Part shown: positions 1 through 15,000 of the stretch, one piece after another | Numbering within the stretch: the stretch's first letter is position 1 | How the letters are laid out: each line of letters opens with the position of its first letter | From: Paraphysomonas bandaiensis | Taxonomy: Eukaryota; Protista; Chrysophyceae | Direction of reading: 5' to 3' | NCBI GenBank assembly: GCA_965644295.1 | Contig: CBFFRP010000108.1 | Coordinates: forward strand, 124,001-188,000 | DNA length: 64,000 nucleotides | Position numbers and translations under genes: made by a program | The notes under the pieces: model-generated | What the model saw: the letters and a program-made list of their open reading frames with translations, nothing else | What the model was told of the DNA's origin: nothing | Databases searched by the model: none

Positions 1-3000
1 ATACTGACAGCGGCACCCGCATTTCCGAAGTTAGGACGCGAACGGCGTACTGCTAATTCCTTAATAACTTTTTTCCTCAAATCCCGGGATATTGAGAGCC
101 CGTGTTCTGTTATTAGTTTCACAACCACACGATCTAAATCCGCATTGTTGAAGTCCTCGAATCTAAAAGCATCCTCCAAGGCAAAGCGCCGAGTTAGACC
201 TGGATTTTGTCCCCGAAACATTTTTCGCATTTCTTTCTCGTAGCCAATCAGAACAACGGATATGTCCTCTCCTGGAGTACCTTGTACTAGCTCCGTAAGA
301 GTGTCCAGTGCATTGTGGCCGTAAGATGTGTTTGTCAGAGCATAAGCCTCGTCTATTATCAAAACCTTCCCTCGACATCTTTTAATCAGAGCGGCCGTGA
401 TCTTCTCAGCTTCTCCCACTGCCGAACCGATTAGGTCACTTGGCTGCTTCAACTCCACTGCACCGTCACTAAGCAACCCGATGCCTTTCAAAATGCGCCC
501 ATATAGCTTTGCAACGGTGGTTTTTCCGGTGCCTGGGTTGCCAAGGAAGACACGATTCAAAGACACTTCGTATGGGACCTCTCCTCTCAATTCGCGTTCA
601 TAATTGACCGCTGCAATGTTGATCAAGCTGTATATCGCTTTCTTTACACTTTCCAATCCGATCATTGCATCCAGTTCATCGATGGCCTGGCCAAGACTAG
701 GAGTATGTTCGCGAGTGGGAGGAGGGCCGAGAATATCGCTTATAGTGAGGGTCTGGGCATTGCGGTCTCGCGTCAATGCACTTCTATACGCCTTCTCAAA
801 CAGCAAACGCACTGCACCCGCATTCCCGAATGATTTATGTCCTCTCCCGCGAGAGATGCGGCGAGCTGCAACGGCGATTACACTGGGATCGGCGGGTGGC
901 CAGTTGTGGGTTGAGCACAGTTGCATTAGAATTTCAGCGACTTCGGGCTCTGTATAGTCCTCGAAGTTGAATATGTAGTTAAATCGACGATTGAAACCAT
1001 CATTGAAGTCAAAGAGCTTCGTCTCTATTTCATCCTTATAGCCCGCCAAAATTATAGTTAAGTCGGTACGACGTTCTTCAGTGACGTCAAGCAGCTGCAT
1101 TGCCACAGATTCTCCACTGACGTTCTTCTTAGGATCGAGTGCATACGCTTCATCAATGAATAGGGTGCCTCCTGTGGCCTTGTCAATCAACGCGCTGACA
1201 TCATCTGCACCCATTCTTGCCAATTTCTCGCCAGTGATAACTTCAAAAGAATCACTGCGTCGCACTCCGACTTCATGCAACATCTTACCCAGAATTTTGC
1301 CAACTGTGGTTTTACCTATATCGCGATAATCATAAAGGACATTAATATTATATTATTACAATATTGTTATAAAGTTATTACTGTATTAGGAAATAAAAAT
1401 AATATTGGGCAATACACATGAACATATAATACCTGTTCCCGGATTGCCTAATAGGGCAAAGTTAAACGTCTGAGGAACGCGCCGCTCAGCAGGTAGCGAT
1501 AACTCTGCGACAATGCTCATATAGATTTCAAGTGCTTTCTCTTTGACCGCTTTGAGGCCAACAAGTTGCATCATGTCATCCAATGCTGCTGACAGAGGTG
1601 ACCCCCTTTCCAGCTTCAGTTTTTCCCATTTATCTTGTGGAGTGTCGATCACGACAACAGCTTCTGGTGGAGCAATAAACGCTTGGTCCTGAGGGGTCTC
1701 CGCGCTGCTTAGCTCGTGTTCAGTCATGAAGCGTCTCGCGTGTGCCACATTATTGCAACGTCGTAGACAAGAAATCCTAAAGTTTTGCTCTGAATCAGAT
1801 CGGCACACCAGAGTTCGAGATATAACGAGAAAAAACACCGCATCAAGCGGACAGGACACCGTGCGCATTGTATCGTTTACATACTCTTCGATGAACTCTG
1901 CTGCATCCTGGTGATATATATCTACATGACTTGGTGCAGTATTGGCCAGAGCGAGATACAGAGAGACATAAGGCCAATTGGAAAGGACAGGTTTCTCAAA
2001 GATAGCAATTGCAACATCCACCTCTTTTCGAAGCACACTCATGGGCACCTCGCTATTAGCACCACAATACTTGGCTAGAATATCAAGCGCGTTTTGCACC
2101 TGCTTCTGGAGATGCTCTTCGTCGGGTAAGAATGGCCCTGCAGGGTGACCCTCGTGCCAATCGGAGCAACACTTCACAACCCTCTCGGCATCATCTTCGC
2201 CCCATCGCTGAGCACAGCTGTCCTTAAACTGCTGCTCTTCATTTTCTATTTGTGCAATCATCTCCAGGTCGCTTTCAGTCATAGGGAGCTCAAGATACTG
2301 ATAGCTAGTGATAGTCTTTTTTATCATGAGTGGAGTGTTGTAGGAGTTCGATCGCATCGCTGATAATAAATTATTTGCATTCGATATCTGCTTTATCAGG
2401 CGCACAGCAGCCTCCACATCGCATGTATCGGCCGCAAGCCCAGCTCGACGTGACTCATTTATAGCTTCTCGAAGTAAATCTTCCTGAGGGGGTCGGCATG
2501 ACAAAGCCTGTTTGAGTTGGTCCTTCGCCTGTCGATGACGCTCTTGCACATCTGATAATTTGGCAGCAGCAGAAGACAAAATCGGCGAACTCTCTCCATT
2601 CAGACCCAGAGCCTCAACCTCTTCGATTGCAGCAACGATCTCACGAATCCATGACTCAGTGCAGGTCCATTCCCTACACAAAGTATCTAATCGTCCTAGA
2701 GCTGCTTGCTGCGACTGCTCCGTCGCCGCCATAACACGAGCGTCCGCTTGCAAGAGCTGTCCCACCCCTCTTCCTCTCGACGGACCGCTTCCTCGCCCCC
2801 TTCCACCACGTCCTCTCCCTCGACCCTTCGTGAAACGGACGGAATCGTTCTTTTCCTTCTGCAAGTCTTGCAGAGTATGCTTTTCGAATTGTTTACGACT
2901 AAGACGAACTTTCATTCCTCGCCATTGCTTTTGAATACGAACAGCCGATTCGTTTTGAACTTTAAGGAAGTATTCCCTCTCGGCATTCTCTCGCTCCTCA

Positions 3001-6000
3001 ACTTTCTCATCGAGAGAATCCACTAGAAACCAAGGTGTGAGACGTGTTTTCAATGTATCGTCTGAATGGGCGATAGGCCGACATGTGTTGCTTGCGCCCT
3101 TAGTGAAATAGAATGTCCACTTCCACACTTTTTCTACTGCAAGATATTGAGTTTGTATGGATGCCCAACTCCGTAGTTTCTGCCGAAGGAATACATAGTG
3201 GGCTCCCTTGAATTGAAATGACGAATGTGGTCCATTTGATGTGGCTGTGGAGATATATTGTAGTGCTTTCAAGAGAGGCACTTGCATGTAAAGAGATGAC
3301 TCTGATCGAAAAGCTTTGACTAAGGACTTGTGCAACGGCTCGAAAGGTTTGAGCAGAAGCTCATATTTTACCAAATTCGACTCCAGATTGCGAGCATCGT
3401 CTGCAAGGTGATCATATTGCTTCTCCAAGTCCCGCAGTTGCTCATCTACCATATCTGGCCACATCTGCTTCCACTCAATGCCCTTATGCGCAAATAAATA
3501 GGCTTGTGTTGATATTTGTGTTTTCAGAAATTCCCGTAGTTGTTCCAGCTCTGTGACGGGAGTTGAGAGTAAAGCATACCTCTGTCCTTCGTCAGTTAAA
3601 TTGATATAAGCGCGAGATATAAAGTATTCCTCATCCTCGATCCCAGGATAAAGCTTCTGCAAAACGCATCGAATAGTCACGGAACTGTCATTCAATTCGA
3701 CCGCAGCGTCCACATACTCTTGAATAGGACGCAATGCGTTCACTAAACTTTGCAAGCTATCATAATCTAGTGAATGATATATCTGAAAGTAGTAAGATGT
3801 CTCAGTGTGAGAAGGTATTGATTTTAGTACCGCATCACCAAAGCGGCAAAACTTTTGGTAACTGGTCACATCTAATAAAATGGGTAAGTACGCCTTCCTG
3901 TCCTCAAACTCCATTGATAACATTGTCATGTCGATATCCTGAGCAGCTGTGACCCACTTGAAAGCTCTACTAACTGAGGTAGAGATTGTACTCATGTAGT
4001 CAAACCCGTTGCTCCACAGTTCTAAAGCCGCATTGAATCTCTCCGCGTGGTCAGTTAGACTCATTTCGTCCGGTTGCAAGGCATCCTGTAAGCCAACACA
4101 GTCCAGATCCACCAACTTGTCAAGGGGGCGCGTTTTGTATTCTTTAGTTAAAGGCGTAATCCCCACAGTGTTCGACATTTTCAAGAACTCATTATACGTA
4201 TCTAATAAATCTCGCAAAACAGATATCAGATAATTCTGAAAAAGCTCACTATCCGAGTTTTTAGTTGATAAAATCGACCAAACAGGCATAGATTCGTCGA
4301 GTAAAGGCTGGTTCGAGGAAATGCCACCCATTTTTATCCAGCGGTTGATACCCACCTTTACTCGAACCCACAATCGACGACTATAGATTCCATTTTCTGT
4401 TTTTATAGCATTCTCCATTAAATTTTCTATTGTAAGTTTCTTAGCCAGTGCCTCTGGAATGGGATTCGCGGACAACTCGACTGTGACCCAGTCGTAAAAT
4501 TCAATTAAATCAGGAATTACCCAGAAGCACTGCAACTTGTTACGCATTAGAATAAATGCCTTTGCAAGCGATATGGACCGGTCATGGGTCAGTTTGTCGT
4601 GAATCATCTTTATCAGTGGTGATACCAACGGCGGGTGTTCTTTGTGAAAATTAGTAAACCATTGCACGGAGTCCTGTCCAAATGCCTCGATTGCATTTTG
4701 CAGCCACGACCCCAGTATTTTATCTTCCTTTTCACAGGCAGCCACACACTCGGAAAGATGACTTATTGCTGAATCTGCTGTGCATAGTGGCATTTTGACA
4801 GTCACAAAGTATGCCAACTGAGCTGCCCACAGCAGTCTGTACTTAGGGTCGTCGATCAGCTCTAGTACTCCAATAACTCGATCCGATTCGTCTCCACTGA
4901 CCAGTATCGAGGTTTGGGCTCCCTGGAACATTGATATGCGATCGGAAATTCTCTGTACAATTAGCATTTGCACAGCGGATATTGCAATCGCGCGCTGAAT
5001 CGGGAAAAAATCTAGCGATGTCGATGTCATTATCTCTTGAACCAAAACAGCAAGAGTTTTTAAGTCATTTGTTTCGTGTATGTAGGTCAACCATTTCCAA
5101 GTAAAATGAAAGAATACATCCAACAAATTTATACGTTTCAGATCAGCACTGCATTGTAATCGCAGCCAATGCGGTGTATACACAAACTTCGCTTTCCCGA
5201 GAGTGCAATCTCCACCTTGCCTTTTCAGTGACTGCTCAAATAAGTCAATGATGTCGAATCTCCGTTGTTCTTTACCGAAATACTCAAACATTCGCACAAT
5301 TGTTGTTTCCTTACTTGAAAGTGTCTCCAGCATGCCATGTTTAGCTGCCCATGTACTACCGAAAAGAATTTTTTCCAAAATGGGCACTAGATTAAGAGGC
5401 ATATAATAAGATTGTGGCATAACAACGTCAAAGATAAATGTACAGTCATCTTCTGTTAGAGCGGTTGTGGAGCACCAGTAATCCAGCAATCGATAAATCA
5501 GCAGAGGTGATAACACAGCGATCGGGAAAATTTCATGTTCATCTTTCATTATCGATTTCCAAACTGCAGAGAGGGTTATTCTGTGATCCGATTCCAGCGA
5601 GCAGAGTCGACGGACGATGTATCGGAATTCATCCATGATAATAACCTCGTCACTTAACGAAGAATTTCTTGCTCTGAATCTAACAAGCATGGCAACTATT
5701 GTCATTACTCGAATCCGCTGTTTCTTATACTCCTGAGCACTGCTGGCCGCGTCGCTAAGCTTTGCCGCTGTGAAAGCTTTCTCCCAACGCTCAATACTAG
5801 ACATTGAATTTACCTCTTCGTCCTTAGCAAACAGCTGCATAATGTGATAATAATCATCGACGAGTTCCGTTGACAAACGAGAATGAACGTCTTCGTCGCC
5901 ATCCATAATAGACAACAAATGATCCCTAATATTATCGGCTATGGTGAGTTGAGCTAGGGGCTCAAAGAAAGTCGCTAGAGAAACGAGAAGACTGTGATGC

Positions 6001-9000
6001 CACTGAGCCACTGCATGCAGAGATGAGGGTTTAAACTTGGACATCGATATACCCTCAAAGGAAGAAAGCCACGCAACCAGAATGCGATGCTGCAGTTGTT
6101 CTTCACTCTGCTGCATCAAAGGGTATAGTTGGTGAACGAAATGCTGCAAATAACACTGCCATGTGTCATTAGGAATGTCACTGTCGAATAAGACATCTGC
6201 AGCAATGGTCGCAAGTGCATCACCGTCATCAGAAATTAAGCGGACTCTCTTCACAATCTCCAAAGTTATTTTTTCCCAAATCTCTTCGTCCTCGCTATCG
6301 GAATAAAGGGCTAGGACTTGGGAGGATGCTACGTCTACATACTTCGAAAGTTGTCGGAAGAACGGAAATACTGGCTTCGAAAGCGACAGGCCTTCTCTGA
6401 TAGAAATGTGGACCATCGCCAATGGAGCAGCAAGTTCTGAAAATGGAGGTATTGGAATCGACTTCAAACACTCTGCAAATATGTACACAGCGTTTACATT
6501 ATTCAGTGAAGAAGTGGCGTCGTATTGTGTGAAAAGTACGCTGGCATTGTAGTCTTCTAGCATTGCCATGATCATACGACTGAGATAGTTCGTAAACATA
6601 TTTCGCACTTCCAATGATATGTGTGACAGTGACCCTTGCAACTCACCAGTGGCAAGTTTATTGATTCTCTCTCGAATATGTTCTTGAAGCAAGGAGTAGT
6701 TGTCATCTGGTCCCGCCCACAAACTATTATATCTCGAAATTAGAATATCTTGAACCGTATTATCCTTCCCACTGCAGCCAATGAGTGACTGAAGTACCTT
6801 TGATAAACAGTGAATCCTTTTATCAAGGAGTCCACCCTCTGTAGCAACCCTATCGATGATCTCGTCGGGAACTTCAATAAAGCGGGCTAACACTTTCAAA
6901 ATATCAGGAACCCAGCTCTGCAAGACCGCTTTGAAATCCCAATTGCTTTGATATTGCTCAAATGTCATTTCCAGCCAAGTCACCACTTCAGTAGAATCAA
7001 CGTCATTAAGAAATGTGCTTTCCCAATCAGCACTGAACGTAGTGTCACAAAAATGATGAACTCTCAAGTCTGCCAAGGGCACATGAACTAAAAACAAAAT
7101 AGACTTCAACACCTTCGATTGAATAGCAGCGATTTCATCAACAGCATACCGAGCAAAGTTGACCTGGCTTACGGAAGTCTGTGCGCTATCAATAAGAATA
7201 AGCAAAACATTATTAGGATCGTTGATGTCGTAAAATGATTTTAAATCATTAGTAAACTGAGATTCACGGGAATATTGTGCGAATATCGCCAACCTTGTGC
7301 CTGTGGCACCCGCCAAATTTATTCCAGCACCGGTTTGAAGTGCAAGAATAGCAGCGGATGTGTGCGTAAACACTATATGCTTGCGGACAGAAGTTTCACG
7401 AACCACATAATCCAAAAGCTTAGCAAGACTAAAGTGCTCTTTCTGCTTGAGGTAAGAGTGTATGACTCCAGGAGGAATATTATCAGTGTGCCTGAATAGC
7501 TGCTCTGCCGCCACAACACGCACTAACTGTCTAACAACAGTAAAAAGAAGCATATGGGACAAGATGGCTTCCGCCGCCTTGGTTTCGTGTTCATTCGCTG
7601 GTCTGCTCAAGACTTCAATTATTCGTATTCGATCTCCCGATAGATTTGCCGCACATTGAGCCGCCCCTGTGTAACTCTTCAACTCTTGAGAAACCACAGT
7701 AGAAACGAAATCCTCGTCCTCCAGAAAATGAAACACAGCGTTAGCCACAACCTCAATATTGGTCCAAGACGACAGTATGAGAAGTACAGCAGATTCTATG
7801 GTTTGATGATTGGCAAGTCCATAAAAATTGCGTGGATGGATTAATTCAACAAACAAATGAATATGCTCGAAGAGCTTTGACTGTCGTAACACCATATTCA
7901 GCGCAGGAAGCTCGTGTAGCATGTTGCTATTGTGCAGATAAGAATGCAGCAGATCGGCTTGAGTTAAGCGATATTTTTCGAATCGATTCAGGAAGGGGGC
8001 GGGAGTCGTTTGGAGTTCGGCAAGCGTAATATGAACGATACAGAAAAAGCCTGATGCAACCTTGCATCGTCTTGAATCTGCGCCAACTGCGATATTCGTA
8101 TGATAAACGACCTCAGTGCAACCTTCACTCTTATCTTCAAATTTACGAAAATGCTGGTTAAACAAATCGTAAAAGCTCTCGTTGATAGCCTCAGTCTGCG
8201 ATAGCAGAACCACTTGACCTTTCTCAGCGGCCCATTTCACCTGACTGATGACATGGATCTGTCTTATGGAGCTGTCCTCAACAAAGCGACTTAGTTTTAG
8301 CGAAGAAATGTTGTTGCCTAATCGGTCGTACAGAATAGAAGACAATGCTCTTAGCACCGAGTCGTTCGATGTGGTATCGATAACCAGTATATAACGACCA
8401 GAGGGCGTAGTTGCTGCTTGTTGCTCTTTTAGTGCTGTTCGTATTAAATCGACGGGATTGCGGAGTGTTCGGGACGGAGCAGCCAGTCCGCGTCTCTGAT
8501 TCGGGGCAATAAAGGGCAGCAAGAAATATGTAATTAGCTCTTTCAATTTATTTGGTTCAACTCCATTCATATTACGCTCAAGCGCCTCTACAATTTTTTC
8601 AGTCGTAATTTGATGCCTGGAATCTGCTCTAGCTAATTCCCCTAGTTTCTTCATGAATCCAATGAAGTCGCGATTTCCCAGAAATTCTACAAAGTCCGCG
8701 GGCGGATGACTATCCTCTTCAAGCGCGTATCGACGTGATGTTTCACTCATGCAAGAATCGTAAGTCTCGCACAAGACATCCAAGAGGCCGCGCTGAGAGA
8801 AATCTTGAGATGATGGGTCGAGTTTCAACCCCACCTGCCTTCCACGACGGTACCCAGGAACGGTTGATATGATATTTTTCCTTTCGTTTTCAGAGCCAAG
8901 ACAGCCACGGGCAATGTTCATAAGCTCCTCATGATCTGGCTTTCCTCGCATTAGCAAAGCACATCGATTGCTCTTTGCGGCATCAAGTAGGTGATTCGAA

Positions 9001-12000
9001 ATAGCAACGAAACCTACCTCAGCTGAAACGTGCATATGAGATTCCAAATAGAAATGTAACACCTTAAGACTCTCTCTTTCCTCCTCCGGCAAACCAGCTT
9101 CATCCATAAACACAAAGCATCTAATATTTCCTCCGTCCCTATTCGCCTTGGTTTGTCTTTCGATGGCGCGGTCAAAAACTGCTTTGATCTCATGACTAGT
9201 GCTACTGCGGCTGCATTGATATCGGAATGGGATAAGAGTAGGCGCCGCACGGTAGAAAGGGCTCTTGGAATACTCGCCACGTGCATTCTCCGCAACAATG
9301 GTAACCGCCAGTGTTTTTGACGATCCAGGAGGTCCAACAATCATTAAGGGGACATGTGCAAGACAACAAACGACAACCATAAAAATATTCTCCTGCAAGC
9401 CTCTCGTCTTTGCTATACCCGGTTCCAACTCCGTATGATTCATGAGTGCACTCATACTTCGCTGCAAAATACCTTCGACATCCGCTTCATGTTGACCGCA
9501 AACATTCTTCAGCCGAGTGAGAAACTTTCTTCGGAAATCTTTGTCGACATCATTGCTATCGGTACCAAGACGCAAGTAATAGAGTACAGCAATAGACAAC
9601 AGCAGCGCCTTGTAGCATCGCCCACCATAAGTAAAATCGGAAAAAAACACTTGTTCTATTACCCCAGATGTTCGAAGAAAATAGGAGAAAAGCTTAAACA
9701 CACGGAGTACGTCACGCAATGAAACGACAGAACTCGCTCGAGCTGCGAGCTCTTCTTCGCTGATCGAATGACCCTGTTTGCTGTTCAGCTTACAGAGAGA
9801 AGATATGTGCTCTCTTGCGAAATCACGTATCATCTGCTGAGACACCTGAATGAGATTGGACATTAAGCGAATATTCGCATCAGGAACACCTTCACTTCGC
9901 ACGATAAAACGGAGTTTTTTGTCGATAAACTCGGCCTCTTGACTTACATTGAGAGAACCATAGACCCACGTCATTTGTTGTAGGGACTGCGGCAGTGGAT
10001 GAACTTGGTAGTGACCAATCGCCCACTCGTTGCCTAACTCTTGACGACGCTCTCCGGTGACTCCAATCTTACTGCGAGCAGGATTACAAGCAGCAATAAG
10101 CACGATGTTATCAGGCAAGGGATCGCCTTCTAGGCTGTGATCAATAAGCATTTCTTTGAAGAGACCCATGCAGCTGGAAGTGTTGACTTCATCAAAAAAA
10201 ATACATATTGTCGCTCGCCTGTGTATGTCGCTGTCCAGTAAGTCTGCCAATACTTTTAGCCGTCGAGCACGGGAAATTACATCTTTAACGCCGATGACTG
10301 GGTCGTTTGATATATCATCAGGTCCCAGCGCAGCGTGTACATCCACCGCGTGGAATGTCCAGTGCTCAGACGGATTATTTCTCCTCGCCATCTGAAGTTG
10401 ATTCCTTACAAACCAAAGTAGTAATTCGTAGCTAGCCGTAACAATGTCATCATGTTCTAAATCAATCAATGGGTCTAAACCTGGGTCCGCCTTGAGCTCA
10501 TCAATCAGTGTTTCTGATACGGTCGAAGAATTTCGTTGACACAAGCTTTTCGCAATTTTATCGGGGTGGTACCACACAGACATATCATCCGCGAGATCGC
10601 TACACTGATAATCATCCGCTAATTTCCGCAATGCTCTCAGTTCTCGAGTGTGTGCGTCATTCCCAATATCTTCTTCGGCTTCCTGCAGAATTGTTTGAAC
10701 GAACAGTGAAGGCACTCTGCTTACAGTGTTCTTGAGAAAGAATAACATCCGCGTAAGAGCAGTTTTGCTGACCCCGGTTTCACCCTCCATAATGCACGGC
10801 ACTCGACATTCAATTCTTTCGTTAATGCAAAGCATCTTCAGTACAAAGTCTAGAGTTAGTACGAATAGGTTATCCTCAATCGATGGCAATTTTCCAATGG
10901 CAAAATCGAATGGTTGGCCACTTGAAGAAATTTCTTTTTTGGCATTCTGTAACTTAACCCCAATCCCTATAGCCAGATAAGACTCAAGCACTCGAATGTC
11001 CTGTCGATTAAGGTCTTCGTCTGAGGGAACGTGCATTTTCAATGAACTCAAGAGATTCAATCTTCTCTGCCAACCGGAATCGGATGTAGTTGGAGTCGTC
11101 GCCAGTATACTCCATTTGTAGTCGTCCACGAGTTCACCATCAACATTTCGCATATCTCGTGAGTACACGAGTTGCTCATGATTGTAGGAATTCCAGTCCA
11201 CATGGAAGTTGTCCGCTAGTGCGTGCTCTACCTCCTCCAGCATTATTTTCATGGTTGTACTTCCGAAAGCAGCCATATCTTGGTTCTTATTGAACTTCTC
11301 CGAGGCTGCTAAGATTCCACACCGACGATAGAGATACTTTATCCAATACATTTGTTTGAGGCGAGACCAACCACTATTGGCAGTGTTCAGCCTCATGTAC
11401 TTCTGTAGAAACTTTATGCAGTCGTTGTCCGAAATGTTTGCACCCTTCTTCTCAATCTTTTGGCTCACAGTCAGTCGCTCACCTACCTCAACCCAAGCTT
11501 GAACCAGAGAGGCTGTCCCGTTGTCAGCATGAATAATACTGTCTCCTAATTTCTCATCACGAATACATGTAGATATAATCGACTGTTTCATTCTATAATC
11601 CAGTGCTACAGTGATAAATAATACCCGAATGCTTTGTCCGCTCGAGCATCGCAGTAGATCTGCAATTGTCGGTGCCAGATTAGAGTCACCAGTTGCACCA
11701 TCCGTTAAAGCCACAATCCACTTTGTGCCGGTATTATCTGGACACTGCTGTAGTTGTTCAATCGCTCTCTGGATGGCTCCCCACATTGCTGTGCCTCCCC
11801 CACTGTGGACACCTACCAGCGTATTACGGACTCGATCCTCGTGGGCGCCGTCCCATGTGTGGAGTGGAATGTTTCGTGAAATTGTGTTGTCAAACACAAT
11901 CAATCCCACTTTATCCTCCCGGCTTATTCGCGTTGCAAAAATATCATTCGATAAGCATCTTTTACATGTTTCTAAAGGGCCTCCTGTCATACTTCCTGAC

Positions 12001-15000
12001 TTATCCAGCACAAACACAACATTTTTGGACGAAGATTCAGCACCATAAAGGTCGTCAATACTGCCATCCTCATAAGCCTTAAGATATTTACAAACATGTC
12101 TGGCTTCAGAACCGACATCAAAGGGGCATGTGTTAGCGTCAACAATATCAGCGACAGCCATTAATATTGGTATATCGGCCGCTAACGAGAAACATCCTTC
12201 TCGATATGCCAAAGTTTTTCTTTCACATCCTTTCTCTAGGTGTCCTGTATAATCGGGTAGCTCAACACAAATTTGCAGATCACATCCTGGTGGGACAACA
12301 AACACCGCACCAGTGAGTGGATCTTCCACGAAACGTAGCAAAAGAAGGCTAATAAAAAAGCAGCTAATTTTTTCCATTAAAAATAAGAGGTCTGCTTCCT
12401 CACTGCACTTATATTTACCCAGATTTATTTGAAAAGCAATCGCAACGCTTCTACCTCCTGCGTCGTGTATGATATTAAGCATTCTTTCAATGGCGCGAGA
12501 GAATGAAAATGCCTCATTTATACTAACTACTCCAGTTTTGCAGTGATTCAGTGATTTAAGATGCTTTTGCATTTGATAGGTTTTGCCACAACCTGTTGAC
12601 CCTGTGAAACATGTTACAAAATTCTTAATGCAACCGCTATCGTAAACCCATTGCTGCAGTTTTTCCCTTACAATTACGTCGTGATCAATTTCCACAGCAA
12701 GCTCATCCTCATTTTGGACTGGAATCCAAGAAATTGATTGCAATATACTGGGACCAGTTTCAACACAATGTAGATTGCATGCGGCCACCTGACCTGTATG
12801 ACTGCTGGTGGTAGGGTCTCTTTGTTCAAGGAACACACTCAAAACAATATGCTGCAGAGTTGGTACTAGCCGATCGACTTGCAGTATGGTGAAGCATCCA
12901 TCTGGAAAATGCGATGCTCGTTCAAGGAATGCGGACAGTTCATGCGCAGTGGTAGAGTCCTGACACCATAGAATCTCAAACGGCCGTGGGGGTCGCAACG
13001 AATATATCACTGTCAGTAGACGTAGTAGCGATAAATGGGAAGGGTGAGAACTATACCGTTGAGGACCACTACGATTTGACAATGAAACATTGGCAAGGAC
13101 TGATAAGACAATGGAATGTCCACTCTGTTGCATTCGGCGCATCACCTGACACAAAAATTGAGATACTCGTTCCGGCCACTCAAGGATATGGGTGTGAATA
13201 TTCTTTGCATTGCAACTTTTGATATTGGTATTATTTTCTATGACCTCTTTTACTACTTTACGTAAAGCATCAAAGCTGTTCGCAGATCGAGGGAAAATAT
13301 CGCAGATAAGTAAGGCCAGTTCGGTTGCCTTGTTTGCGCTGATGAACACGTCCATTTTCTGGGCGATGGATGTGGTCAATAATCGCAAAATTCGGTTGTT
13401 CTTATATGTGGCCTCTAAAATATGTTTCCAATTTGAACGCTGTTCATGCAATTTACTTAAATCATCTTCGTGAACAAAATGAGCAGATGCTAGAAGCGAC
13501 AGAGTGCAGTCATCCCAAGTCTGTTCGGATTGCCCAACCACATGGGCGACAAGAGGTGACGATGTCCACATCCGATGACCCAGTGTTCTCAGCTCACACA
13601 TATCGACCAACAGCCGCCGATACTGCTGCAGTAGAGACAAGTAGCCCTCTACGCGACTGGACTCTACTTTCGCTTCGTGCTGGACGAACCCCAATCGCTG
13701 CTCAAAATCGCGTACCTCATTTTCGTTGAAGGATACTGAATGCTGCTTCTTCGGGTCTTTATACGTCAGCCTCAACTGCACGCGCTCCAGATCGAACCAA
13801 TATATACAACATGCCGATATGCACAAGTACTGTCCTATTACTGCGTCGAGCGCACTGAGACCTTTTAGAAACAAGCTACTCAAAAACTCTATATTTGCTT
13901 CCGCAGTGCGTAGTTGTGAAAAGGGGTTTGATGCTAGGGGACGCCTAGCTTGTTCCATGATACTGGTTGATGTACAGAGATTTCGCATTAACTCTATGAA
14001 TGGCAGCTGATGGTTCGCCACAAGAATTGAAACCCATTGTGCGACTGGAATAAAGTTATCAAGCACTCTGTAGTCCTCACCACTCAGTTGAGAGAGAAAT
14101 TCCTCTACCTTGTTGTTGAACACTGCACTGTAGCCTGTCCCCTTCGCTGAAATAAATTCTGGCTGTGTTTTTATAAACTCCCACACTTTCTCTGCGGCGG
14201 CTAAATTTTGAAAGAAGCTAAGCATGCCGAGTGCAATTCCCTGTGAAGCATCGTCTACACCAGGACACAAAAGATTTCTTAGCTTTGCCAATACTGCAGT
14301 ACACTCGCTGATCGTCCAGCTCCCTATCATATCTTGATTGCATAAATCTGTCGCGATTTTCTTCAACTCGGCATAGTCCGTATCCAGACATGCATCGCCA
14401 TCATGCTGTGCACAAGCGAATCCGTATCGTTCCAGTATGCTCAGTTTCGTTGCTCTACCTACATGCGACGATTCTCCGATTGCAAGTTCTTTCACCGGGT
14501 CAACGACTGCAATTAGATCTAAAATCGTAGGCAAGCTTGTTCTTATTCCACTATCAATGACCCCATTCGTAAAATAATCTGCAAGTAGCTGAAGCTCTGC
14601 GGTTGGTGATCGAGCCTCTTTTTTCAAAATATCACCAATCATCATGGTTTCGCTAAAGCTGAGCTCGGGAGGACGTAGTTGTAAAAATCTTTCTAACAGA
14701 CCATGTACTACCAAAAGAGACTCCACAAAGGCAGAAATCGTGTTCCACTGTTTTTCGTTGCTCTGCTTCACTCGTTGATCGCTAAGTAAATTAATGAATA
14801 GCACAGACTTGGAAGATGCCAGCTGACCGGCATTCACGTAGAAGTGTTCGAAAAATGAACGGGACTTATGATCGATAGCAATAACAAATCTGCGAATTTT
14901 AGTCGCACGGTCAGTCATTGTGCCTGGAGACTCCCGGGTTGATTCGCCTCTAGATGCTCGGAAAAAGGTAGCCACTTCCATTTCATGCATAACAACGGGC

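Noticed and set aside
397-1329. Plus-strand ORFs of 64-117 aa
   Set aside because: They are antisense shadows of the CbbX-AAA exon on the minus strand.
1386-1432. Apparent C-terminus GIICSCVLPNIIFIS* of the 5380-aa ORF
   Set aside because: It is read-through into an intron; splicing restores Walker A and the frame continues.
1-1700. CbbX as a red-type Rubisco activase gene
   Set aside because: The domains are tandem and fused to a giant protein with no plastid targeting; this is the wider CbbX/SpoVK AAA family.
8000-13000. Midasin or dynein heavy chain
   Set aside because: The motif series follows RNF213, the vWA domain is internal rather than C-terminal, and no dynein stalk signature is evident.
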